Both the position numbers and the translations under genes were made by a program. Below are positions 1 to 10,700 of a DNA stretch of 64,000 nt, in pieces (position 1 is the first letter of the stretch; every line of letters begins with the position of its first letter). The DNA lies in the NCBI GenBank assembly GCA_016432425.1, contig CP066688.1:148368-212367 (forward strand), written 5' to 3'. The DNA is from Candidatus Daviesbacteria bacterium (GTDB lineage Bacteria; Patescibacteriota; Microgenomatia; Daviesbacterales; UBA10151). A model generated the notes under the pieces. It was given only the letters and a program-made list of their open reading frames with translations. It was not told the DNA's origin and did not search any database.

Positions 1-762
1 GGGGTAAAAAGTTATGGGGTATTTTGCTAAATCCTTTTTAATCTCTGCCAGCTCGTCCATTTCACTCTCATTAATATAACCGGCAATATGCAGACTCCAC
101 CCAGAAAGCAATTTTTGATCATATAATTTTTTAAAAGTATCAATTAAAACTTGATGCTTTTTGGGTTTTTTATATCCCAATAGTCGCCCGACCGTTAAAA
201 TATATTTTTTCTTTTCTGATGATTTTGTTGGTGAGGAAGATAGTTTAGCGATCTTTAAAACATCTACTGGCGGATAAACTATGGTCGTCTTAATCGGCCA
301 AGTTTTTTTAATAAACCCTTCAGTAAAAATTGAATTACAGATTCCTAAGTTCCAAGAAGAAAGTTTTTTCTTTCCCCAAATACCTTTATTTAAATTAGGT
401 AAGGGGGCTTGAAAATGAATTATACTATTTCTCGCTGTGGAATAAAAAACACTACCATCTGTCAGATAAAATAAAAAATCGTATTGTTTTAAAAAAAGTG
501 ACCTTTTAATCAAACTGCTACCTTTGCCCAAAGGAGCTTTAACTAAATTGACTTTAGATAAATTTAAGTTAAAACGTTTATTGCTTATTTTAATTAGTTC
601 GCAACTGCTCCAAGCGACAAGTTTATTATCTAATAAAATATCTACTTGATTATTCCGGGAAAGAAATTCTGCAATGGTCAGTATATACCTCTCTCCCCCA
701 CCGAAGGTATCAAGGTATGGTGTATATAATCCAATTCGCAAGTTGGTTTTGCTCATTTTCAT
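1..762 (-). CDS. Glycosyltransferase family 4 (GT-B), runs off the window start; missing from the ORF track
   Basis: Manual translation MKMSKTNLRIGLYTPYLDTFGGGERY...ICNSIFT...IVYPPVD...ILTVGR...KKHQVLI, typical GT4 motifs. Confidence 0.85.
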   Translation of the reverse strand, partial: MKMSKTNLRIGLYTPYLDTFGGGERYILTIAEFLSRNNQVDILLDNKLVAWSSCELIKISNKRFNLNLSKVNLVKAPLGKGSSLIKRSLFLKQYDFLFYLTDGSVFYSTARNSIIHFQAPLPNLNKGIWGKKKLSSWNLGICNSIFTEGFIKKTWPIKTTIVYPPVDVLKIAKLSSSPTKSSEKKKYILTVGRLLGYKKPKKHQVLIDTFKKLYDQKLLSGWSLHIAGYINESEMDELAEIKKDLAKYPITFYP

Positions 763-764
763 TT

Positions 765-1577
765 TTAAAAATTAAACTCATTTTGGATAAGTTTTTTATC
801 AATATCATCATAAGTTTCTTGAAGAGATTTTTTTTGTTGGAGTTGCCATAACTTAACATAACTGATATACAAACTAAAAGCTTGCAGGAGAGAGTCAATT
901 ACCCCCACTGTGCCATTAAAAAATCCCTGGCGTAAAATTCCTTGATTAAAAATTTCACTAAATAAAATCTTTAAAAAGCGCCAGCTGCTCATCGGGGGAT
1001 GACCGCTGTCGTAACGCAACCTGGCATCAATGTTGGCCCAATCTAAACTTTTTAGAACCATGGAATCAATATCCCGATGGGTTAAATGTAAAAAGGAATT
1101 TTCTAATTTAGCTAGTTTTCCACTAAATTTTGGGCTTTCATGAACCTTTCCCTGCCAACATTGGAGAGATACCCTTTTGAATAAACGGATTACATAATCT
1201 GGCCAAAAAGCAGGGTATTTTTTCTCTGCTCCTAAAATAATATTCCGCCGGGAAATTGCCCAAGCTCCACTACCTTCTTTTGTTAAAATATTTTGGATTT
1301 CTTCTTTTAAGGGTTTAAGCACCCGCTCATCAGCATCTACATACAAGATCCAATCCCCTTTTGCCTCCTGCAGGCCTAAATTTCTCAATCTGGAAAAATC
1401 TTTTTCTGTAATTTGAGGACTAGAGACAATTTTTGCCCCCTCTGCCTTGGCGATTTTAATGGTGTCATCGGTTGACCCATCATCCACCACTACAATTTCA
1501 TCTGCCCATTTAACAGAAGACAGACAAGCTTTAATCATCTTTTCTTCGTCTTTAGTAATAATAATTACTGATAACAT
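765..1577 (-). CDS. Glycosyltransferase family 2 (KdtX/WaaE-like)
   Basis: LSVIIITKDEE, VVVDDGSTD, WILYVDADE (DxD), PDYVIRLF, GKVHE. Confidence 0.9.
   Translation of the reverse strand: MLSVIIITKDEEKMIKACLSSVKWADEIVVVDDGSTDDTIKIAKAEGAKIVSSPQITEKDFSRLRNLGLQEAKGDWILYVDADERVLKPLKEEIQNILTKEGSGAWAISRRNIILGAEKKYPAFWPDYVIRLFKRVSLQCWQGKVHESPKFSGKLAKLENSFLHLTHRDIDSMVLKSLDWANIDARLRYDSGHPPMSSWRFLKILFSEIFNQGILRQGFFNGTVGVIDSLLQAFSLYISYVKLWQLQQKKSLQETYDDIDKKLIQNEFNF
1447..1510. repeat. 64-bp exact repeat, copy 1 (copy 2 at 6265-6328)
   Basis: ttggcgattttaatggtgtcatcggttgacccatcatccaccactacaatttcatctgcccatt is identical at both sites. Confidence 0.95.
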
Positions 1578-2432
1578 TTAAATGTTCCCTTCGTTAAAAT
1601 TGCCCATTAAAAAATCTAATAATGCTTTCCTTCTGGCAGGAATCCCCATATTTTTTAAAGCTTCTCGGAAAAGCGCAAACCTAGTTCTAAAAGGGGCAAA
1701 TTTAGAGGCAAAGAGCATTCTGTTGCGGGTGATGTAATAATCCTGGAGCGGAGAACCCAGTCCTGTAGAACGAGCATTTTTATGATGAATTAAAGAATTG
1801 GGCGTATACCAAACTTTAAACCCAGCTTGTTTTGCCCTCATGCAAAAATCAGCATCCTCATAGTATAAAAAATATCTCTCATCAAATAAACCTATTTTAT
1901 TAAACACTTTAGCAGAAATTAACATGGCGGCACCTGTCACATAATCAGTTTCCTCCGCTTGGTTATATTGACCGCTATCCAGCTCATCCACACCCCGATG
2001 TTTTCCTAATACATTTCTCATATCTAATATTCCCCCAGCATACCAAATTTTCTTACCGGTCCCAAAATATATTTTGGGACCGATTATCCCACTTTGATAT
2101 TTTTTGGTCTCATTTAATAAGTTCTCAACGGCATTTTTCTCTACCACTGTGTCAGGATTTAAAATTAAGATATACTCCGCTCCCCTCTCCAGCACATACT
2201 TAATTCCCACGTTATTACCCCCGGTAAAACCTAAATTTTTCTGAGTAACTATCAAAGGAATTTTAGGAAACTTTTTCTTGAGGGCCTCCACTGAACCATC
2301 GGCCGAGTTATTATCAATGACTAAAACTTTAAAATCTTTATTAAAACCGACACTTTTGGCAAGTGACTTAATACACTCTAAAACCTCCTTTTTTACTTTG
2401 TAGTTTAAAACTACGACGTAAGTTTTAATCAT
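1578..2432 (-). CDS. Glycosyltransferase family 2 (WbbL/rhamnosyltransferase-like)
   Basis: VIDNNSADGS, NLGFTGGNN, LILNPD, GAAMLI, GLFDERYFLYYEDADFC. Confidence 0.9.
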   Translation of the reverse strand: MIKTYVVVLNYKVKKEVLECIKSLAKSVGFNKDFKVLVIDNNSADGSVEALKKKFPKIPLIVTQKNLGFTGGNNVGIKYVLERGAEYILILNPDTVVEKNAVENLLNETKKYQSGIIGPKIYFGTGKKIWYAGGILDMRNVLGKHRGVDELDSGQYNQAEETDYVTGAAMLISAKVFNKIGLFDERYFLYYEDADFCMRAKQAGFKVWYTPNSLIHHKNARSTGLGSPLQDYYITRNRMLFASKFAPFRTRFALFREALKNMGIPARRKALLDFLMGNFNEGNI

Positions 2433-3064
2433 ATTTTCTGGGCAACAATTAGTTTCAGCATGCCTAAATGAAAAGTCTTAACTCCAATAATTTTAAAACC
2501 AATATTTTTGATTAATTGCTCCAGCAACCCACCGCTAAAATGTTGCACATGGGCATGGCTCCAATGGCGATAATACAGGGTCCACAAAAACCAAATTATT
2601 TGAAAAAGTTTATTTTCGCTGGGAACCAAAATATAAATTCTACTGCCTGCTTTAGCCACTCTTTTAATCTCCTTTAAAACTGCTCTCGGATCATCAACAT
2701 GCTCCATCATCTCCAAGCAAAAAATGCCTGAAAAAAAACTATTTTTAAATGGCAACTTCACTGCATCAGCTACTTCAAAATGACCAAAGGGGAGCCTTTT
2801 TTTAGCCAAAGCTATGGCTGAGCGGGAAACATCTATCCCATAAATATCCTGGCCGCCAATCTTTTTTAAGATTTGTTGAGTAAAAGTACCACTGTGGCAA
2901 CCCACATCTAATATAGGACCTTCAACTTCTTTAATGACTTTAAGTACTTCTACAAATCTTCGAAAATGCCAATATTTTTGGAATAAATTTTTCTTAATAC
3001 CCTGATCATAATGATCAGCCGGCACATCTTCATGTATCTCCAGTAATGATTTTTTCTTGGACAT
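2429..3064 (-). CDS. Class I SAM-dependent methyltransferase
   Basis: ILDVGCHSG motif I, GIDVS, ADAVKLPF, EMMEHV. Confidence 0.9.
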   Translation of the reverse strand: MSKKKSLLEIHEDVPADHYDQGIKKNLFQKYWHFRRFVEVLKVIKEVEGPILDVGCHSGTFTQQILKKIGGQDIYGIDVSRSAIALAKKRLPFGHFEVADAVKLPFKNSFFSGIFCLEMMEHVDDPRAVLKEIKRVAKAGSRIYILVPSENKLFQIIWFLWTLYYRHWSHAHVQHFSGGLLEQLIKNIGFKIIGVKTFHLGMLKLIVAQKI

Positions 3065-3093
3065 CTATTATTTTTTTCCTCTCCTCTTAAAGA

Positions 3094-5505
3094 TTATGCT
3101 CGAAATGGCCTTTTCGATCTCCGAACTAAATAATAATAACCGGTCGTGACGAAAAGGCCAAATACTGCTAATAAGGATATCATTTTCCCTTTCTTAAAGC
3201 TATCTGGCTCGTACCTAATAATTACCCAATGATCTCCGGCCATTTTTATGGGCACAGCCATAAAAGTGTAATCTGCCTCAACTGGGGCAGTTAATTCTCC
3301 ATCTACATAAGCTTTCCATCCCGGGTAGAAAACCTGGGAAATAAAAAGTAACCCAGGTTGGTTAGTTTCCAGAGCAATTTCTTTTTGGCTAGCTTCATCT
3401 TTAATTATCCGAACTGTTCCCTGCCCTGGTTGAGGATGGAAATCTAAGTCCGTGTTAATAATTAGTTTTTTAGATAAATCGGACTCAAGCAAAAAACTTA
3501 AAATCTTTTGCTCATCCCTTTCTACTTGCCAATCATAAAACATCATTGCCCGGGGCAGTACTTTGGTATTTTCTAGCACCGCTACTGTTTTATCGGTAAA
3601 AACCGGTTTTAAAAATGGGGTCTTAAATCTGTCCGGTAAACTTCCTTGTGGGTCAGGTTTACCCTGGGAGTCTTTTTTCAAGGCTAAGATGTATTTAGCA
3701 TTAACTAGTGATAATAAGGGGGAATTGGGGTTGGAAACTGAGCCGTATCTGCCCATTGGGGTAGCTGCTGTATCCCCTGAATTTAACACCCCTAAAAATT
3801 TAGCATATTTAATTGGATAAACAGCATCATAACCTTCCACTGTTTCAATCCGATAATTCATTAAAAAATTAATCGGGATAACATCTTCTGCCATCACCCG
3901 GTAATGCTTTTGTTGGCGTAAAAATTCAATCACCGAGGTGGTGGGGAAAACTATCTCCGGAGAGGAAAAGGGGGTAAATTTCCAGCCAAAGCGGAATAGT
4001 TCCCCTATTGCCAAAACAATCAATATCAATACTAAAATTAATTTACTCCGTCCTTTGTTACCAAATTTATAATGACACCATAGGATTATCCCAGTTACTG
4101 TGAGTAAAATTGTTGGCAAAATTAAATTGCGCAAGGCCACTTTCAAATTAGCTAAAAATTTTAATGATTCTTCATTGATCAAAAAATGGTATTGAAAAAA
4201 TAAAAAAACTGACCCAGTCACCAAAAGGTAAGCCAGTAAAATAATGCCAGGCAAATAAAGGGCTCGTCTGATTTTCTCGAGTGTTAATTTATCTTTAAGT
4301 AAGCCGTCAATCCCAAAAGCGCCCAAAATGGCAACACCCAAATTAAATAAAATGAGCGCCCGATGAGCAGAAGCTGCCTGCAAACCCAATAAACCTGCCT
4401 CCTTAAAGGCTACTGAAATAGGGTTGGGCAGAGCAATAAACAAAGAAGCTAAACTTAAAACAAAAGCAAATTGGGCATACTTGTTTTTAAAATGAAACAG
4501 ATAACCCAACGATGCCAAAATCCCTACCACCACTCCTACAAAACCAGTGGTTAAAGTATAATCTGCCGGCCCCCAGTAATTATAAGTTGCATGATTGCCA
4601 AAATAGTCAGGGGCAAAAAAAGTTATAAGCAACTGCCATGGCAAAAAGGCCCAGCGGTTTAACACTATTTCTATACTTCTTTGTGAATGAGCTAATAATT
4701 CACCACCCGGCAAAAGTTGTACTCCTGCCAATCCCAAACCAATTAAAATTAAAAAACCGAAACTGAAAATTTTTTTAAAATTAAATAATAATTTAAAATC
4801 TAGTATGATAATTAACAGTAGTATAGACAAAAATTCATAAAGGATAATTTGCGGATAACCGGAAAAAATCTGCAGGCAAAGCGTTATTGGCAGCAAAAAT
4901 CCCGCCCAAACTTTTTCCTTAAAAAGAAATTTGATACTTAAAAATAAAATTGCCGGAAAAAAGGCAGCCACCAAGGAATGTCCATTCCACTGTAACCAAA
5001 CAGTGATAAACCCGGCAAAAGAGAAAAAAATTCCTCCGGCCATGGCAGCCAGTTTACTACGACCTATTTCTCTGAGTAGAAAATATAAAAATACTGCTGC
5101 CAACAGAGGCTGAAAAATTATTTGCCAGTTCCAAGCTGATAATTTTGGTAAGATAAAGTATAAAAAATTAGTGGGAGAAAAGGGAGCTGATTGAAAATTA
5201 GCCAGCAACGGTGTTCCTGCTAAAATTAAATTATTCCACAAAGGGATGTCGCCATTTTTTAATTGATCGATAGCAAACATCTGCATGGGGAAAATAAAAG
5301 ATACAACATCGGTGGTAATGGGATTTTTAACTGGAACTCCTGCTTCAAAACCCGCCCATTTATAATCTAACCAAGGATAGTAAACCCCCACTACAAAATC
5401 CGCTGGCAAAGGAATTTTACCCTGCAGCCAAACCGGATAAAAAAAGATCGCTACCACAACAACAATCGTCAAAACAGGCCATAGGATATTAAAGGCTCTT
5501 CTCAT
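3094..5505 (-). CDS. YfhO-family GT-C membrane glycosyltransferase
   Basis: PLWNNLILAGTPLLAN, many TM helices, C-terminal FYPGWKAYVDG...FMAVP motif. Confidence 0.8.
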   Translation of the reverse strand: MRRAFNILWPVLTIVVVVAIFFYPVWLQGKIPLPADFVVGVYYPWLDYKWAGFEAGVPVKNPITTDVVSFIFPMQMFAIDQLKNGDIPLWNNLILAGTPLLANFQSAPFSPTNFLYFILPKLSAWNWQIIFQPLLAAVFLYFLLREIGRSKLAAMAGGIFFSFAGFITVWLQWNGHSLVAAFFPAILFLSIKFLFKEKVWAGFLLPITLCLQIFSGYPQIILYEFLSILLLIIILDFKLLFNFKKIFSFGFLILIGLGLAGVQLLPGGELLAHSQRSIEIVLNRWAFLPWQLLITFFAPDYFGNHATYNYWGPADYTLTTGFVGVVVGILASLGYLFHFKNKYAQFAFVLSLASLFIALPNPISVAFKEAGLLGLQAASAHRALILFNLGVAILGAFGIDGLLKDKLTLEKIRRALYLPGIILLAYLLVTGSVFLFFQYHFLINEESLKFLANLKVALRNLILPTILLTVTGIILWCHYKFGNKGRSKLILVLILIVLAIGELFRFGWKFTPFSSPEIVFPTTSVIEFLRQQKHYRVMAEDVIPINFLMNYRIETVEGYDAVYPIKYAKFLGVLNSGDTAATPMGRYGSVSNPNSPLLSLVNAKYILALKKDSQGKPDPQGSLPDRFKTPFLKPVFTDKTVAVLENTKVLPRAMMFYDWQVERDEQKILSFLLESDLSKKLIINTDLDFHPQPGQGTVRIIKDEASQKEIALETNQPGLLFISQVFYPGWKAYVDGELTAPVEADYTFMAVPIKMAGDHWVIIRYEPDSFKKGKMISLLAVFGLFVTTGYYYLVRRSKRPFRA

Positions 5506-6401
5506 TTCACTCTATTTGCCACTTTTTGTACAAATCTTTTAAGGGGATTTTTAGATAAATTGCCATATTTAAACCAATAATCTAAATCCTCACCGGATTT
5601 TTTCTTTAGTTGTCTAAGCTCAGTTAAGTCAATTTCTTTTGAAAAAAATTTCTCTTTTTCCCAAACTTTTAGATACATAATCAGAAAAGAAAAAGCTTGG
5701 AGCAAACTTAAAGATAGACCATGAAGGCCATCTTCAAAACCGCGGTTAGCAAAAAACCGGCTTAAAAATTCTGACAGCGGCTTAGTTAAAAGATCTGACC
5801 AACTAAATTTATAGCCATTTTCTATTAGCTCGTTTGCCTGAATTGTAGTATAACGATTTAATCGCTCCACGAATTCGTTAATTGTGCGATAGTGATGGTG
5901 AGTAATTGCCAACTCTTCCTTTAGCTCTAATTTCATTCCCTCCCCTGCCACATCTGGTGGACGATGAATTTTATTACTCCATTTAACCGCGCCTTTTCTA
6001 AAAAATCTAATGTTATAATCCGGCCACCACATAGAAGCTTTCATCCATTTGTTAAAGATGATATTTTTCCGAGGTATTTCTACATAGTTGATTTGCTCCA
6101 AATTTTTGCTAATATCGCGCAGTCTTTTTGCCAGTTCTGAAGAAATTTCTTCGTCGGTATCTAAAATTAAAATCCAATCACCACTGGCTTTAGAAATTGC
6201 CAGATTGCGGGCCGGCTCGACAAATCCAACACTTTTGTGTTTATATATTTTATTGGTATATTTTTTGGCGATTTTAATGGTGTCATCGGTTGACCCATCA
6301 TCCACCACTACAATTTCATCTGCCCATTGGACTGAAGTTAGGGCTGTTTCCAAATATAGGGCAGCATTTAAAGCATTAATCACCACAGAAATATTGGCCA
6401 T
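5502..6401 (-). CDS. Glycosyltransferase family 2, paralog of 765..1577
   Basis: ISVVIN, VVVDDGSTD, WILILDTDE, WWPDYNIRFF. Confidence 0.9.
   Translation of the reverse strand: MANISVVINALNAALYLETALTSVQWADEIVVVDDGSTDDTIKIAKKYTNKIYKHKSVGFVEPARNLAISKASGDWILILDTDEEISSELAKRLRDISKNLEQINYVEIPRKNIIFNKWMKASMWWPDYNIRFFRKGAVKWSNKIHRPPDVAGEGMKLELKEELAITHHHYRTINEFVERLNRYTTIQANELIENGYKFSWSDLLTKPLSEFLSRFFANRGFEDGLHGLSLSLLQAFSFLIMYLKVWEKEKFFSKEIDLTELRQLKKKSGEDLDYWFKYGNLSKNPLKRFVQKVANRVK
6265..6328. repeat. 64-bp exact repeat, copy 2
   Basis: Identical to 1447-1510. Confidence 0.95.
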
Positions 6402-6422
6402 ATATGTATCTTAACGATTTTC

Positions 6423-7772
6423 TTACTCCTCTGCCACTTTTGTTATCGAAAACATTTTTATTATCTGGAAGAATAAAACTACATTAATTACAGAAAGTAG
6501 TCTGGCGATTAACCCCTCTTGCCAAATTAAAACTTGACGCAAAGGTTCGAGCCACTGGGGAAACCACCAACCGTGATAGAGATTAACCCAAAAAATTAAA
6601 CTCAAAATTAAGAAATATTTAATAAATCTGGGTCTGTAAATAGTAAGGAAAAATAAAGAGGCTATGGCAGCATATTCATATCTTTCCAACATGTTAGTTA
6701 AAAAAAGCCAACCGCTGAAAGAAACTAAAAACATTGCTTTAAAAATATTTTCTAAAGTTACTTTATTTAATAGTTTAAAAGCAAACAAATTAATTAAGGC
6801 GAAAATCCCATACCCCCAAAGCTTGGCTGGTAAAAATAGAAAAATGTAATCCTGGCCAAAAGCTTTATTACCTATCAAAATATGCCAAAAGTTAAAAGAG
6901 TTGGTAGAAAGTCTAAATTCTGCCCGATGCACTACTTTGGGAAAAAGATAAGTCTTAGTAAAAGTGACTACATCTAAATTAGTAAAGGGGACAATAATTA
7001 GATATGTCATTACCAGAGAAGCTATTATTCCTAGTCCTAATTGCCAAAGTTGAGTTTTTTGCTTAATCAGCAACCATAAAAAGAAAGGCAAAAAGACAAC
7101 TGCAGTGGGTTTAAAATGCAGTGCTAGACTTAGGAGTATGATAGAGAAAAAGATCTTCCTTTGGTAAAGCAGTAAAAAAGAAACCAGTACCAATAAAAAA
7201 TCTAAATTATCAGATTGACCCCAAAAGGAAGACAGATAAAAACTAAAAGGAGAAAGTAAAAAAAGCAGGGGCCAAATTAAAGGATATTTTATATGTTGTG
7301 ATTTAGCTAAATAGTAAGAAACAACTGCCAGCGCCAAATCGGCCAAAATTAAAGGCAGTTTAATTGTCATTAAAAAACCTGTTTTCAGGATCGTCACATC
7401 GTATTTTTGGATATCAAACCATTTTATAAAATCAAACCACCACACCATATGGCCAGGTGCCGTATGGGGAACAACATTAAAAGTTAAAAAGCGGAAAAAC
7501 TCCAAAATCTGCCAGTAAAGCCACCTGTCAAAACCAAAGAATAAACTCCCCAATGGCGGATAATTAGGCCAAGAATAAATCCAAATTTCAAAATTATAAA
7601 AACCCAAGGGGCCATGGTCAAAAATCCACTGGCCCCAAGCAGCCTGAGATAAAATATCGACATGAAAAACTAGATTACTCAAAAAAACTTTAACAAAAAA
7701 GGCCAACAGAATTATCAAAAATATCGGGGAAGTTTTTGCCTGTAAAAAAGCTATCTTAATTTTAGCAACCAT
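6423..7772 (-). CDS. GT-C fold membrane glycosyltransferase (mannosyltransferase-like)
   Basis: PNYPPL, KLPLILADL, WGQSD, ERY motifs; polytopic. Confidence 0.75.
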   Translation of the reverse strand: MVAKIKIAFLQAKTSPIFLIILLAFFVKVFLSNLVFHVDILSQAAWGQWIFDHGPLGFYNFEIWIYSWPNYPPLGSLFFGFDRWLYWQILEFFRFLTFNVVPHTAPGHMVWWFDFIKWFDIQKYDVTILKTGFLMTIKLPLILADLALAVVSYYLAKSQHIKYPLIWPLLFLLSPFSFYLSSFWGQSDNLDFLLVLVSFLLLYQRKIFFSIILLSLALHFKPTAVVFLPFFLWLLIKQKTQLWQLGLGIIASLVMTYLIIVPFTNLDVVTFTKTYLFPKVVHRAEFRLSTNSFNFWHILIGNKAFGQDYIFLFLPAKLWGYGIFALINLFAFKLLNKVTLENIFKAMFLVSFSGWLFLTNMLERYEYAAIASLFFLTIYRPRFIKYFLILSLIFWVNLYHGWWFPQWLEPLRQVLIWQEGLIARLLSVINVVLFFQIIKMFSITKVAEE

Positions 7773-10700
7773 TAGAGATTTATATTTTGGAAAATTTCCA
7801 CTTCTTCATTTTTATAAATACTTTTTAAATCAAATTTCTGCTGGTCGGGAGTAAAATCAGCAATTTTGGGAGTATAGATATATTTAATTTTAAATTCCTG
7901 CAAATATCTTTTGACTATTTCTTCTTCCCGCAAGGCAAAGATATCTTTGGCAATTTGCAGCCGGCCCCTAAAATCTACCCCTAAAATGTTTAAGTTGACT
8001 GTATCAGCTAAAAATTCTCTCTGCCCGGAAAAAGCTCCCACATAACCGGTGGATTCATAAGCCAGCAGCGGAATCGGTTCCACAAATTTTTGTTTTAACC
8101 TTTCATCATAATAAAAATTTAAAACTACTCCTTGAGGAAGTTGTCTTAAAAAGTCCAGCGCTGCTAGTTCTGCCCTTGAAATTCTGGCAGGCGGACGCTG
8201 AGGCAAAAAGTGGTTTAGGGTATCAAAAGTAGTAGGAATAGTTAAAATTACAATGACCAGCGCAAATATTTTCCCCCAAGATTTAAATTGATTTATCAAA
8301 AAAGCTATTGATATTCCTGCCAGCAGATTAAAAATGAAAATAAAATAGTAGAAAAATTGGACAATATTAAAGCTGCCTCCTTTTTGAATAAACAAAAGTG
8401 GAATAGTTAAAGACAACCCTAAAAATATTCCCATAAACAGATTCCAACGGTTGAGTTTAAGGAATTTTGCGCCAGACAATAGGACAACTATTCTGGTACC
8501 TAAATTACCAATCACAAAAATAATTAATCCTAAAACTTCAGCGGCTAAGAATTTGAAGTAATTACCTGTTTCTAAACCATTCATTCTGGCTAAAGAAAGC
8601 CTGGCAAAATTCAATCGGTCAACCGAATCAACCATGGAATGAACTAACCAAAAAGGCGAAAAAATTAGCAAAGTCCCTCCGGCTAAATTGTTTGGCAAAA
8701 AAATCAAAGCTGATAAAATCAACATTGGCCCAGTCAGTTTAATTAAGTCATATTTTTGTTTAACTGTCTCTATTAAGGTAAGTAAAAATAAACTTGCCAA
8801 GACTAAAATTCCGCCGTAAACTTTAAATTCAATCAAACTCCCCCATAAGATTATTAATGGAATCATCAGCGCCTGCTGGCGTTTTTGGTCATTTAATTTT
8901 TGAAACAGTACCAGCCCGGCCAAAAACAGCAAAAGAGAAATTGCCAAAGGATGGTTTAATAGAGTAGAAATTGACTGCTGTGCCCAAAATAAACTTTCTC
9001 CTCCCAAGCTTTTTTCTTTGAAATAGGACAAAACCCATCCGAAACTACCACCAAAATAAACAAAAAACACAGACCATTTGGCTGCTAAACGAGAGTTGCT
9101 CCAAGCATTAACCAATAAATAAGTTAAGATACCAATAAAAATAGCTAAAACCAAAGGATATAATCTAAAATAAAGGTCATTGACAGAAATGCTTGTTAAC
9201 TGAGAAGTTACTCCCAAAAGCAGATCATAAAAATAATGATAGTTTGTCAAAACAGTATTGCTAAAATTAGGGCTCTGCAATGGTAAACCTTCTTTAACCC
9301 TCTCCGCTAAACTGAAATGCCAAATTGCATCATGTCCGTTAGGGCCCCAAAAACCCAAACCATAATCAAAAAGTAAACCATTCTTCACTGAAGTCAACAG
9401 CCAAACTACTGAAGCCCCAATGATTAATAAACTGGATATTAAAAATTCTCTTGACCAGCTAATTTTTGGCCGGATCAAATTTTTCTGAAGGTACAAAATT
9501 GAAATAAGCGGTATGGCAAGCAGCCCCCAATAAAATTTAACAAAACCTAGCAAAAAGGCTCCCAAAGTAAAAAGGCATATTCCCAAAGGGATGGATAAAA
9601 TAAATTTTTCATTATCCGTGAGGGTAGTTTTTCGCAAAACAGAGAGCCCGGGCAAATAGAAAAAAATCGCAGAAAAAATTAAAAATATCATTAAATTTTT
9701 AAGTTGTTTAAACAAAACTATAAAAATATTTTCATAAAGATAATTTTGAAAAGAGTGAGGCATTTTGGTAACTTGATGAGAAGAAGAAATCGCTTGAGAA
9801 ATAGCGACGGAAATTGGCCGGGAGATACCGTCTATTTTAATGTCATTTGGCAAAAACTCCAAAGTTCTTTTGGTATTGGCTTGATTTAAATAACTTATTT
9901 GCAAACCTAAAACAGTAGGCTTTACTTCTATTTGAGAAATTTTACCCTCATCAATTAGCCAGCGGTCGCCGAAGCTGACTTCATCTAAATTTTTGGTTTC
10001 CATCATGGCCAAATTTAAGCTGGCACAAGCCTGGATAAGACAGGGCTCGTCGTGACTGTCAAAGTATTCCCGTAAATCCCGAATCACACTACCATCTTTG
10101 GTATAAAACCAGCCTAGACGATATTTAGAAGTCTGGTACCAAACTACTGCCCCGCTCCCTCCCAGAGGATCTTGGGCAAAAATAATTTTTGGGGGGGAAG
10201 TGGTGGGGAAAAGCGCAGAGTAACGGCGGGCAAAATCGGACATAGTCACAACTTTGACCCCGGTCTTTTGCAAATTGGCTACCGTCTCTAACTGATTAAT
10301 ATATTCCTTACCATATTCAACCCAGGAAAAATCATTTTCCAAACCAACAGTGACTTGACCTAAACTGGAATAAGGATTATCTAAATAAATACGTAATAAT
10401 TTTTTAAAATAATCAGTAGTTAAATTATGATATTTAGGGTTAGCATAATCATTGGCTTGCACGGAGTAAGTGCTATCTAATACTCCGTTGCCGAAACTAT
10501 TATAGGGATCACGGGCAGCCCATTGGATAGTAAGGACGCCAATTTTTTGGTCTGCTCCAGAGGCAGGCACTAGCGCATTTCTAGAAGCCGGATAAAAAGG
10601 GGTGGAAAAGTATTGTCCCCAAACTTGATAATTATCAGTCGTATATTGATCAGCCACATCCAAGTTAGCCACAATTCCGTAATTTTGTTTCATAAAGATA

